Shown: one piece after another, positions 27,601-38,155 of the stretch
Layout: every line of letters starts with the position of its first letter
Position numbering within the stretch: position 1 is the first letter of the stretch
NCBI GenBank assembly: GCA_025786725.1
Contig: JAHLTZ010000045.1
Span: 62,001-126,000 of the forward strand
Direction: 5' to 3'
DNA length: 64,000 bases
Source of the DNA: Syncephalis fuscata S228
Lineage: Eukaryota; Fungi; Zoopagomycota
The notes under the pieces: model-generated
What the model was told of the DNA's origin: nothing
Database searches by the model: none
Seen by the model: only the letters and a program-made list of their open reading frames with translations
Made by a program: the position numbers and the translations under genes

Positions 27601-30600
27601 GCAACTTCAGCTTCACGCTGGACTTCTCGGTTCTCTTCAACGCTCCACCAAGTGAACACACGACGTACAAACAAGCGGCCATTGCGTACAACTACGCCAG
27701 CCTTTCAGCTGCTGCCTTAGCGGTCTCAGTCAGCTTGCTGTTAGACTTGGCTTCCACTTTAACTACTTCAACATTGGCACTTTGAAGATCATCGACAGCA
27801 ACTTCAGTTGTTTCTTCAATAGACTGACTAGTTTCACTGTCCCATCGTCGGAAAGTACGACGAATAAAGCGACGACCGTTGCGCTCAATAATTTTGCTTT
27901 CAGAAATGTTGGCAACTGCAGACGAAATATCTTCAGCATCTACTTCAATTTCTTTTTGCTCTTCAGCGCCGGTAACTTCGTTCCAGTAGGTAAATGTACG
28001 AATAACGTAACGACGACGGACACGAACAATAACAACGGCAGTAATAGTGGCTACTTCAGACTTGGCCAGTTCTAAATCATTGGCATCAATACACACTTCA
28101 CGTTCAACAATGCGTTGCTTAATCTGATCCCAAATACTGAATCGACGAACAATGTAACGACGTCCTTTACGCGTAATAACCGAGCCACGTAAAACTTCAG
28201 TCTGATCAGCGGCCTTATTAATGTCGTCTTCAGCCAGCTCAATCATAAAAGAGACCGATTGCCTTGCACGAGAATCCCAGAATCTCATGAACCGACGAAT
28301 AAACCGACGGCTTTGTCGAATAATTACAGAAGCCGATAGGCTAAGTACTTCAGTGTGTGCTGTCTGAAGATCTGAAGATTCTAAATAAATTTCTTCTTGT
28401 ACTGACTCATTAGTAGCGGCATTCCAACGAGTAAATTGGCGAACCAAGAATGTACGGCCATCATGGCTAATGGTTTGGAAGGTGCCTTCTTGTGCCAAGG
28501 CAGTCTCTTCAATGTCCTGAGCAGCAATCTCAAGCTCCTTTTGTACAAGCTGGCGAGTGCTATAGTAGTAGACTGTATAGATTCGCTTAACAAAGCGACG
28601 ACCATGATGAAAAACGACTATATCAGCCGGTGAGGCGTTCAACGTCTTGAAAGATTCCTCACAGCAACGAGTAAGTTCCTCAGCGTTAAGTTCCAGCTCT
28701 TCTTCTGTCAGCTCATTTGTTTCATCATTCCAACGGGCAAATACACGACGAACAAACTTGTGGCCATGACGGAAAATAATATAAGCACGGCATGTTGCCG
28801 CATGTTCTTTGGCTGAAGTTATATCATCAAGAGCCAGCTCAACTTCAATAGGAATGGCACGGTCCTTTGAAACACTCCAGCGCATAAATGTATAGCGAAT
28901 AAAACGTTCGTTATTGCGTAGAATAACATGTTCGTTGCTGTTAGAGTATAGCTCTTGACGAGCAAGGTCAAAGGCACTATTGACATCGTCCAAATCTAGT
29001 TCAATAATTTCCTGAACAATAGAGCGAGTTCGAACATCCCAGCGACGGAATACACGGCGAATAAAGCGGCGCTCGTTACGAACCATCACAACTATAGACG
29101 ATTGGTGAGCGTGAGCTGCAAATTCCAGCTGGTCGAGCGGTATCTCAGCTTCCTCGTGAGTAATCGTCTGGCTTTCGTGGTGCCAGCGACTAAAGACACG
29201 ACGAACAAATCGGCGGCCCGAACGAATAATAACTTGTGAGGTGTAAGTGCCAGCATAATTGCTCTTCCTGCGCAAGAGATCACCAGTATCGGCTACGTAG
29301 ATCTCACGGACTTCTTGGTGCTCTTGGCCACTTTCTTCGTTCCAGCGAAGAACCATTCGACGAACGTAGCGACGGCCCTGACGTGTGGACACAACATCAT
29401 CCTTACCAGATGTCTCATTGTCGGAGTCATCGTTGGCCTTATCCATAACATGTACCATGGTTAAATCTTCACGTTGTGCTTTCTCGTCCCATAAATAGAC
29501 ATAGCGCCGAATAAAACGAATATTACCACGAACAAGTACATTAACAGCAAATATAGGATTTAAAGCAATACTGCCGGCACGTTCTACATCGTCGACCAGA
29601 AGGTCAAATTCTTCAACAACTGGCTGACATTGCTTTCGACTCCAACGAGTAAAAGTATAGTGTCCAATGCGCTTGCCATTTTGTTCGGTGATTTTGATAC
29701 TCTCATGGTTGTTAATAGTAGCTGCGGCAGCTAGACGCAGTTCTTCTTCATCGAATTCAAATTCATGTTCATTCAAACGAGCTTGCTTGGTGAACCAGCA
29801 AGTAAAGAATCGGCGTACAAATCGACGCGACTGGCGAACAATAACAGCCGTTGGAATGTTGGCAATGGCAACATAAGCCTGTTGTAAGTCATCAATGGCT
29901 ACTTCGTTGCTTTCATCAACGGTCTTTTTGGCACGAGCATCCCATTTGCTAATAACATGCTTGTAAAAACGACGTCCATTATGGACAACAATATTGGCAC
30001 ACGAATTGTCGGTACATTCGCCAATAATGTTGGCCACATCATCGACAAACATCTCGCCAACTCGGCGGTTCTCACGTCCGGCAACAGAGTCCCAGAAGGT
30101 AAATACGCGTCGTAGATAGCGCCGGCGATGGTGTACAATCGACACAGCGGCCAGTGTAGAGATTTCAGTTTGTGCCTGGCAAAGATCTTCTGACGAAATT
30201 GTCAGCTCTCCCTGACCAATACGGAAAGATGGCTGTCCCAGTAAGTAAATTGGATGCGGACATAGCGGCGACCATTGCGAACAACAATGTTAGCGCCATC
30301 ACCGCTCAAAGCAATGCCAACAGCACGCTGTACATCGTTGGCCGACAGCTCAATTTCTTCGCGAGAGCTTGCATTAGATGTTTCGTCCCATCGAATAAAT
30401 ATACGACGAATTAAGCGATGGCCACTTCGAATAACAATACTTGCTGCAAGGTTGGATGCCTCGACATCAGCCAGCTTAACATCATCTTGCAACAATTCAG
30501 TATCCAAATAGGCAACAGCATTGGTCTGAACATCCCATAGTGTGTAAACACGATGCACGTAGCGTTGGCCAGCGTGGATTTTGATTGAAGTAGCGTCTTG

Positions 30601-32932
30601 AGGCTCACTAGCAGCTTGGGCAATATCTTCGGCCGCAACCTCGACCGGTTCCTGAATAGCAGAAGATGTATCAGCGCACCAGCGGCTAATGATACGACGA
30701 ATAAAACGACGGCCATTACGGACAATGACTTGGGAAGCGAAACGGGCTGCTTCGGCAATTGCAAGATCAACATCATCAACGGCCAATTCCATAACACTGC
30801 GGTCGCTCTTGGCAAGCTTCAAATTCCATTGCGAGATAGAATATTTGATAAAACGGCGATTCTTATGCGTGGTATTGATGCCAGAAGACTTGCACCAGCA
30901 CGACTAACCGCTTCAATAAGATCGTCGGCACTTAGTTCGAGCTCTCGAGTTTCAATACGAGCTCCCGAAGAGATGTAACAAGCGAAGGACCGGCGAATAA
31001 AGCGTCGGCCCGAACGTACAATAACACGACCCGTGTCTTTGCTGTCCTTATTGCTCATTATAGTAGTGGTCGAGGCAAGACCAGAAGCCAAAGAAGAGCC
31101 GGGTTCGACATCTCGGCTCTTGGACTTTTGAGGCTTGCCAAAGAACCAGGACTCAACTCGATGAACAGCAGTAGCTACCCCTTCGACGGCATCGTGAGCA
31201 ACATGACTAATAATGTTCTCTGAAGCTTGTTCTTCAGTTACTGGCGTCTTTTCTTCTTGACGAGACGATGGCTGCGATGGCAAAGGCTTAGTGCTGCTTC
31301 TGGTTGTGACGGCGGCTGTTGTGGTAGTACTGACATGCGTTTTGATGATGATGACGCAGCAGAAGCCGGGGCCGGTTTGGCTTCTATTTCAGTAGAGCCC
31401 TTCTTGGATTTCTTCGACTTGCTGCTACTGCCCCAAAGACGGCTAAAAAACCCGGACTTTTTATCATCGTCAGAGTCGGTCGAAAGCGGATAGGCAATAA
31501 CATCTGTAGATACAACTGGGGCGTAGAGCTGCTCCTGAGCGGCGCAATTCAAATCAAGCCAGGAAAAATCAGAATCATAAGTAGTGTGAGATTTGGTGGG
31601 TACAGCACTGCTTCGACGAACGTAGCCATCATCAGACTGAGCACTAAGTGTGCGCCGGAAACGGGCGGGCTGCGAAGCTTCCCATTGACTAAACGCCGTA
31701 AGTAGACCATCCACACATTCCCTCACCTGAGGAGTGCTAGCAATATCGGAAAAGCTTTCACTCGGCGTGACGGCTCCAGAGCGACGGGTTTCGGCAACAT
31801 TACGCAAGGCAGTAGCAATATCAAATTCAGTAAGTCCACGATGGCCTGGACGATGGCGATTACGTAGAGATTGCTCTGTTTCGTACACATTAATGTCTTT
31901 GCTAGCCAATAATTCATCGGACTCGTGCAGGGTGGCGAGCGTGCCGTCACTCTGGATAGCCAGGCCAGCAGCAGATTTGGCAGTCATTTCTTGAGAGATT
32001 TCAGTCGTTGAGCGACACTGATTTTCTGACGACATTTGAACAGTGGCCGTTTCACGAATAGTAAAAAGATCACAAGACGAAGGCAGCCAGCGTAGAAGCC
32101 ACAAATAGTAAATAGCAAAGAAGAACGGTCCTGCCTGCGAGGTAATATGGGCCGAAAATGAAAGCATATTACTTGCATCATCAGTGCCGAAAAGAGCAAC
32201 TGTAATATTATGTGATGCATACCAGCCTACCACTGCGGCGTAGACCAAAGAAAATACAGATAGGCGAAGCTTGAAACGCTTAAGCACAGAATCATTGGCC
32301 TTAACGGCTGTAATTGTGCTAGCGTTTGAATAGATAGTAGTAAAATTACGTAAAGCGGGAATGGTGACCACAAGCCAGGCCGTCATGGAAAGAGCGCCAA
32401 TGACTGCGTGAATTGGACGTTCTGCCGATGGCTCTGGGCGACAAGCGACAGCACGACCTTGGCTATCCAATACAAGTGTCTGCCACCAGTCACGGGTCAT
32501 CCATAAAAATCCAGTAGAAGCCACACAACCAGCAACCCAAAGAGATGAAAGCAACGCGCCACGGCCACTTAGCATTGGACGAGCTGAAGTAGCTTGTGTA
32601 GCGTAACGCTGCGAATACGCAGCCAGAGCACCTGTATAGGCCATGCTAGCCATGCGAAGAATAAGCCGAGTTCCATGATTGTTGCGGCACGTATCCACAG
32701 TAAGATTGGATGCATTATTGCTAACTGAAGCGTAGAGAGCCCGGAGCTCATCCAGCTCACCCAGTAAAGTGGATGCGGCACATGCGAGATCAATCAATAC
32801 GGCAACAGATACAAGACGCACAATTAAATGTTCACGCTTGCGCCACAGTAAAGTTAGACTGTAGGACAAGCCAACAATGGCGCATGCTTGTAGTCCAAGC
32901 AATGCAACCGAGAAATCAGGTGAGAACCACAT
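3698..32932 (-). CDS. Giant (~9,700 aa) multi-repeat protein with an N-terminal 7-TM GPCR-like domain; exons 32932-8226 and 8167-3698; 11 apparent assembly frameshifts
   Basis: Consecutive minus-strand ORFs (564, 154, 206, 817, 660, 1224, 598, 204, 2023, 1686 and 1481 aa) join through 1-2 nt indels near 31340, 30890, 30210, 27705, 25740, 25636, 21930, 21680, 19893, 19365 and 13457. A phase-0 GTAAGT...TACAG intron at 8225-8168 joins the last exon in frame. Repaired length is 29,187 nt = 9,728 aa plus stop. An upstream exon is possible (acceptor near 32954). Confidence 0.75.
4280..5010 (-). repeat. Coding tandem repeat, 240-bp (80-aa) unit, 3 copies
   Basis: TDTDGGHLTIRTVT...RRITKYFTKNLNGQISQW(M/V)TSDVEQLNADGVW repeated at 240-bp spacing. 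Confidence 0.93.
5250..7790 (-). repeat. Coding tandem repeat, 705-bp (235-aa) unit, about 3.6 copies
   Basis: Near-identical blocks spaced 705 bp apart (shadow ORFs at 5751, 6456, 7161). Each has two ...DGG/EGAxLxxRTV...RRITKY(F/Y)TxTLNGxVTxW motifs. Confidence 0.95.
11110..27700 (-). repeat. Coding tandem super-repeat, 1,773-bp (591-aa) unit, 9 full copies plus one partial chimeric copy
   Basis: The marker GCGTACAACTACGCCAG recurs every ~1,773 bp from ~11740 to ~27685. Each unit holds ten VxRxGRxFVRRxFTxW...ExEVAxDE motifs. One copy has an in-frame 6-bp deletion near 18015. Confidence 0.97.
32090..32932 (-). other. 7-transmembrane domain resembling cAMP-receptor/Git3-type fungal GPCRs
   Basis: Seven hydrophobic segments. 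Cys before TM3 (TCRNN) and in ECL2 (AVACRP); TM3 ends ...QRY; Trp in TM4; TM6 RLSVFSLVY...W; TM7 QAGPFFFAIYY. Confidence 0.65.
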
Positions 32933-35218
32933 ATTATGTAGTACTTTGCCTGACTAAAACGATAAACCGAGAATCACACAACTTGCTACAAATGTTTGCA
33001 AGTATCAGTAATCAGCGTATAAAGTATTCACAATTAAAAAGATTGGCAAATAGTGCAAGCAAATGATAGTAATTAACAATTGTAATACTACTATCGATTT
33101 GGTTACTTTTAAGTTCAAAAGAAACGCACCTTTTTACAAAATAGAAATACCGACAAATGTCGTGATAACTATTTGTAGAAAGTAAATAGAAATTACTTCA
33201 AAATATAATTTAGCTATTTAATAAAGCTATATTATAAATTTCGGCAATAGTTGACGAATAAACACGAATAAAAACGCTTTTTTTTAAGGCGTTGGACACC
33301 AAACGACAATGGTCAGCGCCAAAAACAACCACTAATTTTTTATAACGTAAACGAACCAACGTTGTATTTACGTTGTCGAAATATAGACCCACCAATAAAA
33401 CACGAGTAAAAATGAATATATACTAACGCACCCACACACAAATCAGCACAAACCAACACAAAGATACGCGTGAACGCGTAATAATCACAATAATTGCAAA
33501 AGCTAATTAATGGCGGGGATTGAATGATTGGTCACACAATAAATATGACGTAGCAAATTTAAACCCCGACACCAATACACGAAAAGCAGCTATTTAGTAA
33601 AGAATAATTTGTAAAATAGACGAAACAAACCGGCAATTTAATAAAACGCCAGCGTCTACAGCTTATTTACAAATAAACCGATACTGAATAAACTGCAATA
33701 AACACGCAAATCCGCTATAATTATGTCGTTGAGATAGAGTGAGAGCTGACTACTTGTTCAGCAAGTAGACACAGTTTGCACTTCACCTTTCTAGGCGTGC
33801 GCCAAACTACTTGCACTCTTGCAAGAAACACGTTGATATACCAGTTATAAGGTGCACTAATATGCACACAAATTGAAAATACACGTAAGTATTGATAATG
33901 CACAATAGCAAGAAAGTGCAGTAAACGTGTAGTAAGTTGGAATAACGGGAAAGAATATGTTGCAAGCACGTAGCGTCAACAACAAGAACAAGAGCGGCGA
34001 CAAGAGAAAAAAAGGCCTACAACTGCGAGAACGTACCCACTTTGTGCGCAAGCGCGTGTGTAACATCGACTTTTGTTAGGCAGGTCGGCTATCTGTATCT
34101 GTCTGTGTGTTCGCCACTAATACCGAAGATGGTGACGAACGTGCCGAGCCTTTACTGGCTGGCCTTCAATGTCGTCAGCAGTCTATGGCGCTAAGCAGTG
34201 TGTCCATTGCAACATCCTGGCCTGCAGCAGTAGGCGCATATGCCAGCAGTGGCATTCATTTTTGCTTTTTCTTCACTTTTTGCACCGCTATTGCCGATAG
34301 ATTTCTATTTCAGGTGGCAATAGCTATTTTTACAACTTGAACTGCCAGTTTAGACATCAATGGGCCAATAGTTGCCTAATCAAAAGTTTTATTTTCACTT
34401 TTTTCTTTTAACACTGCAAGATGCCGCGACAAAAAGACACACCAGCAAAGGATGATCTTTGTCGGGTGGAGATGGACATTCTCATGATAAAAAGACGTGG
34501 CAGCCAAAAACGACACTTCTAAAACATGTGTGTACCCATATGCATTCGATAGGTGGTCTATTTTGCCATTTCTATCCTATTGGGGCTGAACAGCTATGTG
34601 ACGTGGCAAGCGCTGCGCTATTGTTTCGAAATGGTGCCATTTCAGCCTACAGCATGCAATGGGATAGGTGTTTAACTGCATGTATAGGCCTAAACTAAAC
34701 TGATGGCTAGCTGCTACTTGAAATAATGGCACGGATGCACGTGTTGGCCGATGACGTGTATAGTTGTTCCCAATTGGCATGGCAATGGCCTTTTTTGAAC
34801 AACGCAAGCTCATTTGTGTCCAGTGTGAAGTGTGCCGCTATCGACACCACTTATCAGCAATTAACGTACTAACCATCAAAAGCATTAGTAAGTGCTATTA
34901 TTGTCTGTTTGTTGCTGTTACAGATAGTATTTAATGGCATAATCTGGTAATAACGTGTACGGATAGTAGTGCAAAGTAAAACAGATGAACAAATAATTGA
35001 AAAAATTCGTATGATTATTTTCGAATGCAAGCATTGTTAAGGCAAATATCAACTACCACAAGACCAACTATTTTACTTAGTGTGATACTATTATAACGTA
35101 TTTATGCCACATTTTAGTTGAATTGTACTTTGACTCCCACATTATGAGTCCCCAAAGCAAAACTCGTTTCAATGGAAGTCAGCGCTGTTATGCATAACAA
35201 ACATAGTTACAATGTTTT

Positions 35219-35425
35219 CATTTAACTACTTGCAATTCACGAGGCCTGTTGTTGTTGTTGTTGGCCATGTGTAGAAAGATTGATTGAATGTTAATAAAAA
35301 CCATATGATTGCGATTCCACGTCGTTTCCTATTACTTCTGTCGCTTGTTTGTCATACTGCACATCAACTATTACGTGATCTGCTCCTTTTCTATCTTATC
35401 TCAGTTCAATTGCGCCACACTTGCT
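35219..35425 (-). pseudogene. Highly decayed Fanzor (TnpB-like) C-terminal remnant
   Basis: Minus strand reads ...TTWNRNHMVFINIQSIFLHMANNNNNRP...; the DNA is an inverted homolog of 45700-45770. A terminal motif GGGAGTCAAAG|TA lies downstream at 35128. Confidence 0.6.
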
Positions 35426-36465
35426 TATTGTAATCACAATATTTAATCCTAATAATTTCCGGTTCTTTTATACTTGCAGATCATTTTTGACAAAGCTATT
35501 TAACAATCCAGTATAAAAAGCCTTTTATTTTGTTTAACGTTGTTACAATTAAATTAATATTGTAACATGCATAATACTACATTTACTAATAAACAGTAGT
35601 GAGTATGTAACAAATAGCCATTCGTTACGGAGAATAAACGTATAAAATATTTATGCATTTTCCCACGATACTTTAAGCTTTGTCCGGGATTAATTCAAAG
35701 TTTATTTTAGTAAAAATGCAATTCTTTCTTTTTACTTCACGTATAATTTACACTATCACAAATTGCATCTGGTGCTATTGGACTTTGAAGTTCATAGCTC
35801 TAAAATGGGTGCAAATGACAAAGAAAAGTAATTAAATAAAAGAAAGATCAAGGTTAATATAATTATTATAAAAGTCGTTTATTAAATAGCCACTTTCCTA
35901 TAGCCAATCTGACTAAATAAATGGCATTTAAACAATTAATAGCATAATGACAATATATATATATATATTAAAGCAATAATAAATATAACTAATTAAACAA
36001 TTAATAGAATAATGAACTGACAAATAAACAAACAATTATTAACTAAGTAGTTAAATAAAATGATTTAATGAATTGGTGGAGAAATAGTGGAAAAAGGTAG
36101 AAGCACAAAGCAAAATAGCTTTATTTATTTAATATGTGTCAGGCATATTCGATTCATATACAGCACATTGGATACCACACAGCTGCATTACATGAATTAT
36201 TAAACAGTATTTGGTATAAATAGATAGCATATGGTTATTAGCGGTAATAGAAAAAACAAAATGAATATAATGGTTAAGACATTGGTAGAGGGAAAACTTG
36301 TATAGACTAAAGCAGATGCACGCGGTGGGTTTATTACTATTGCAACTGCTGAGATTTTGACACTATAAAAAGACTAGATCAAGCTAGCAATTGTTTACAA
36401 AGATGAATGGTAGTCTAAAGTGCTGCTGTACTGTTTCGTTGCACTCAATCCTATGTGTAGAGGCA

Positions 36466-36839
36466 CTACAAATGAGCAGGCATAATGGCTGATCCGGTTG
36501 CAACCCCAACGGCCGTGGAGCGCTGCCACGTGTAGCCTTGGAAAATCGGTGATCGATGAGCCGCACTAAACACTTGTTGATGATAGTGCGCCTCGATTTC
36601 TGGTGATGGATACGCGTTCTTTAATGGAACAATAGCCATACGCGAGGCAAAGAAAGCTGGATGGAACCGAGCTGGGTCGGCTTCTGTGGTATAAAGAATA
36701 ATACTCGTCATTAGCTATAACCAACTAACGCGAGACTGCGCAATGACTATACGTCATCAGCAGCTGTCCAGGTAGACAGGCACTTGCCTTGACGCAATAT
36801 AGGCGAAAGTAATTCCGAAGCATTGCTAAATAACGACAT
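36466..36839 (-). CDS. Small hypothetical protein (~111 aa), probable 38-nt intron at 36752-36715
   Basis: GC-richer island in AT-rich DNA. ATG at 36839, a phase-0 GTATAG...TATAG intron joins the 81-aa ORF in frame. No recognisable motif. Confidence 0.35.
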
Positions 36840-37204
36840 ACTGAGAATGGGAAATGGTAAAACGATTAGAGTAGAATGAAAGAAAAGAAAAAGGCTACGG
36901 TGATGTAATTGCTACATATTTCCGAGCATCATTGTAATGAAAACCACGCGGTTATGCACAACGATTATAATGGTTTTTAATAAAATTATTATAAATCAAT
37001 TGCTTTTTACGTAAAAATTCAACCCATTGTTAGCAATACGTTTGGTAATATGTATTATCCGGTTATTTTCAATTCTTTACAACAAAAAATAACACTAAAC
37101 GATTCCTAATATTTTTTAAAACACAAAGAAGCACTTATATTAACTACATGATTTACATTTAAAATAGAGAATTGCTACTGTTGATTAATTAGAAAGCTAT
37201 TATA

Positions 37205-37951
37205 CTTTGAGTCTCTAGCTTCAAACTGGGAACAAAAAGCTTCATAACTCAAATAAACCGTCAATCAACTTTTAATACTGAAAAGTGTTATTTGTTGAAG
37301 CAGTGTCACATCAACTCCGATTGAATTAGTTGAAGTTGAGCCAGTCCACACTATTTCAATACTCTATATCAGTGTTAATAAATGTTATAACATTTCGTGT
37401 TGCTTACAATAAAACATAATAAATAGATAAATTATATTAATATGCTAATCCATATTATTGTTACTTTAAAGTATTCAAAGCATTATAATTGATACTTAAT
37501 GTCATTCACCATCCAGTTCCATGTTCAATAGATTAAATGTTATTAAAAATAGGTATTTGATCACCAAATCATATTAAATATTAATAAATTCAACTCAATC
37601 GTATAATAATGCAGTTTATTTAACTCAATTAACAAGTATTAAAATTAAAAGCTAAAAATGAAATGGTACACAGCATACATGTATATATATTGGTGCAACA
37701 ATACTAACACATCAAATAGAACAATTAACTAAATAATTATTGATATCATTGCTAAAGAGTGTAAGTTGTATTGAGATGTTTAAAATAACAGTTACTGATA
37801 AAATGTTATTTTACATTTTGTTTTATGGAAATGATAATGGACAACAATATTACGTTAATGTTTATTGTGAACGATGATTTAAACACAACCCAATTTAATT
37901 AAATCATTAGATTAATTGCGTAAAAAGATTTGCTGCTCTGAAGGATCAAAG
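37205..37951 (+). mobile_element. Non-autonomous TA-flanked element (~750 bp) with CTTTGA...TCAAAG termini and no visible ORF
   Basis: TA|CTTTGAGTC at 37203 and GATCAAAG|TA ending at 37953. The left ~210 bp matches 44610-44815; the right ~180 bp matches 45826-45998 and 47050-47230. Confidence 0.7.
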
Positions 37952-38155
37952 TAGATGTTCACTTTTAATTAGTATCGTACAACACATAATAATGTGCAAT
38001 TTACTAACATTTAGTATGATCTAGTGATCAAATGACTACATTTAATACTATTCATACATTTAAATTGCGCATTTATTCTATTGAACATGGAACTGGATGA
38101 TAAATGGCATTAGTTATCAAAATATAATACCTCAAATACTCTACAGTAGCAATAT
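37455..38155. repeat. Imperfect ~90-bp inverted repeat pair (37455-37545 and 38068-38155)
   Basis: Core CATCCAGTTCCATGTTCAATAG at 37510 and its exact reverse complement at 38078-38099, with weaker similarity outward. A degenerate copy lies near 3140-3172. Confidence 0.7.

Noticed and set aside
11110-27700. CRISPR array or non-coding satellite
   Set aside because: Units are 1,773 bp, in frame, protein-coding and have no unique spacers; the context is eukaryotic.
11014-27785. Dozens of long plus-strand and alternative-frame ORFs (up to 489 aa) across the array
   Set aside because: Antisense shadows of the Val/Glu/Ala/Thr-rich minus-strand gene. They recur with the repeat and give Ser/Thr-biased translations with no motifs.
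13450-31350. Programmed ribosomal frameshifting or phase variation in the giant gene
   Set aside because: Breaks share no slippery motif, fall at different positions in different copies, coincide with inter-copy SNPs or homopolymers, and similar errors hit housekeeping genes.
33000-35000. Short ORFs upstream of the giant gene
   Set aside because: No coding signature. Minus-strand donor-like sites (~33129, ~33430, ~34036) suggest leader exons or promoter, but I cannot build a supported model.
35780-35820. Possible extra left-end remnant of the Fanzor element (CTTTGAAGTTCATAGCTCTAAAATGGGTGCAAA)
   Set aside because: Only ~33 bp of imperfect similarity in AT-rich DNA, with no flanking TA or matching right end; too weak to call.
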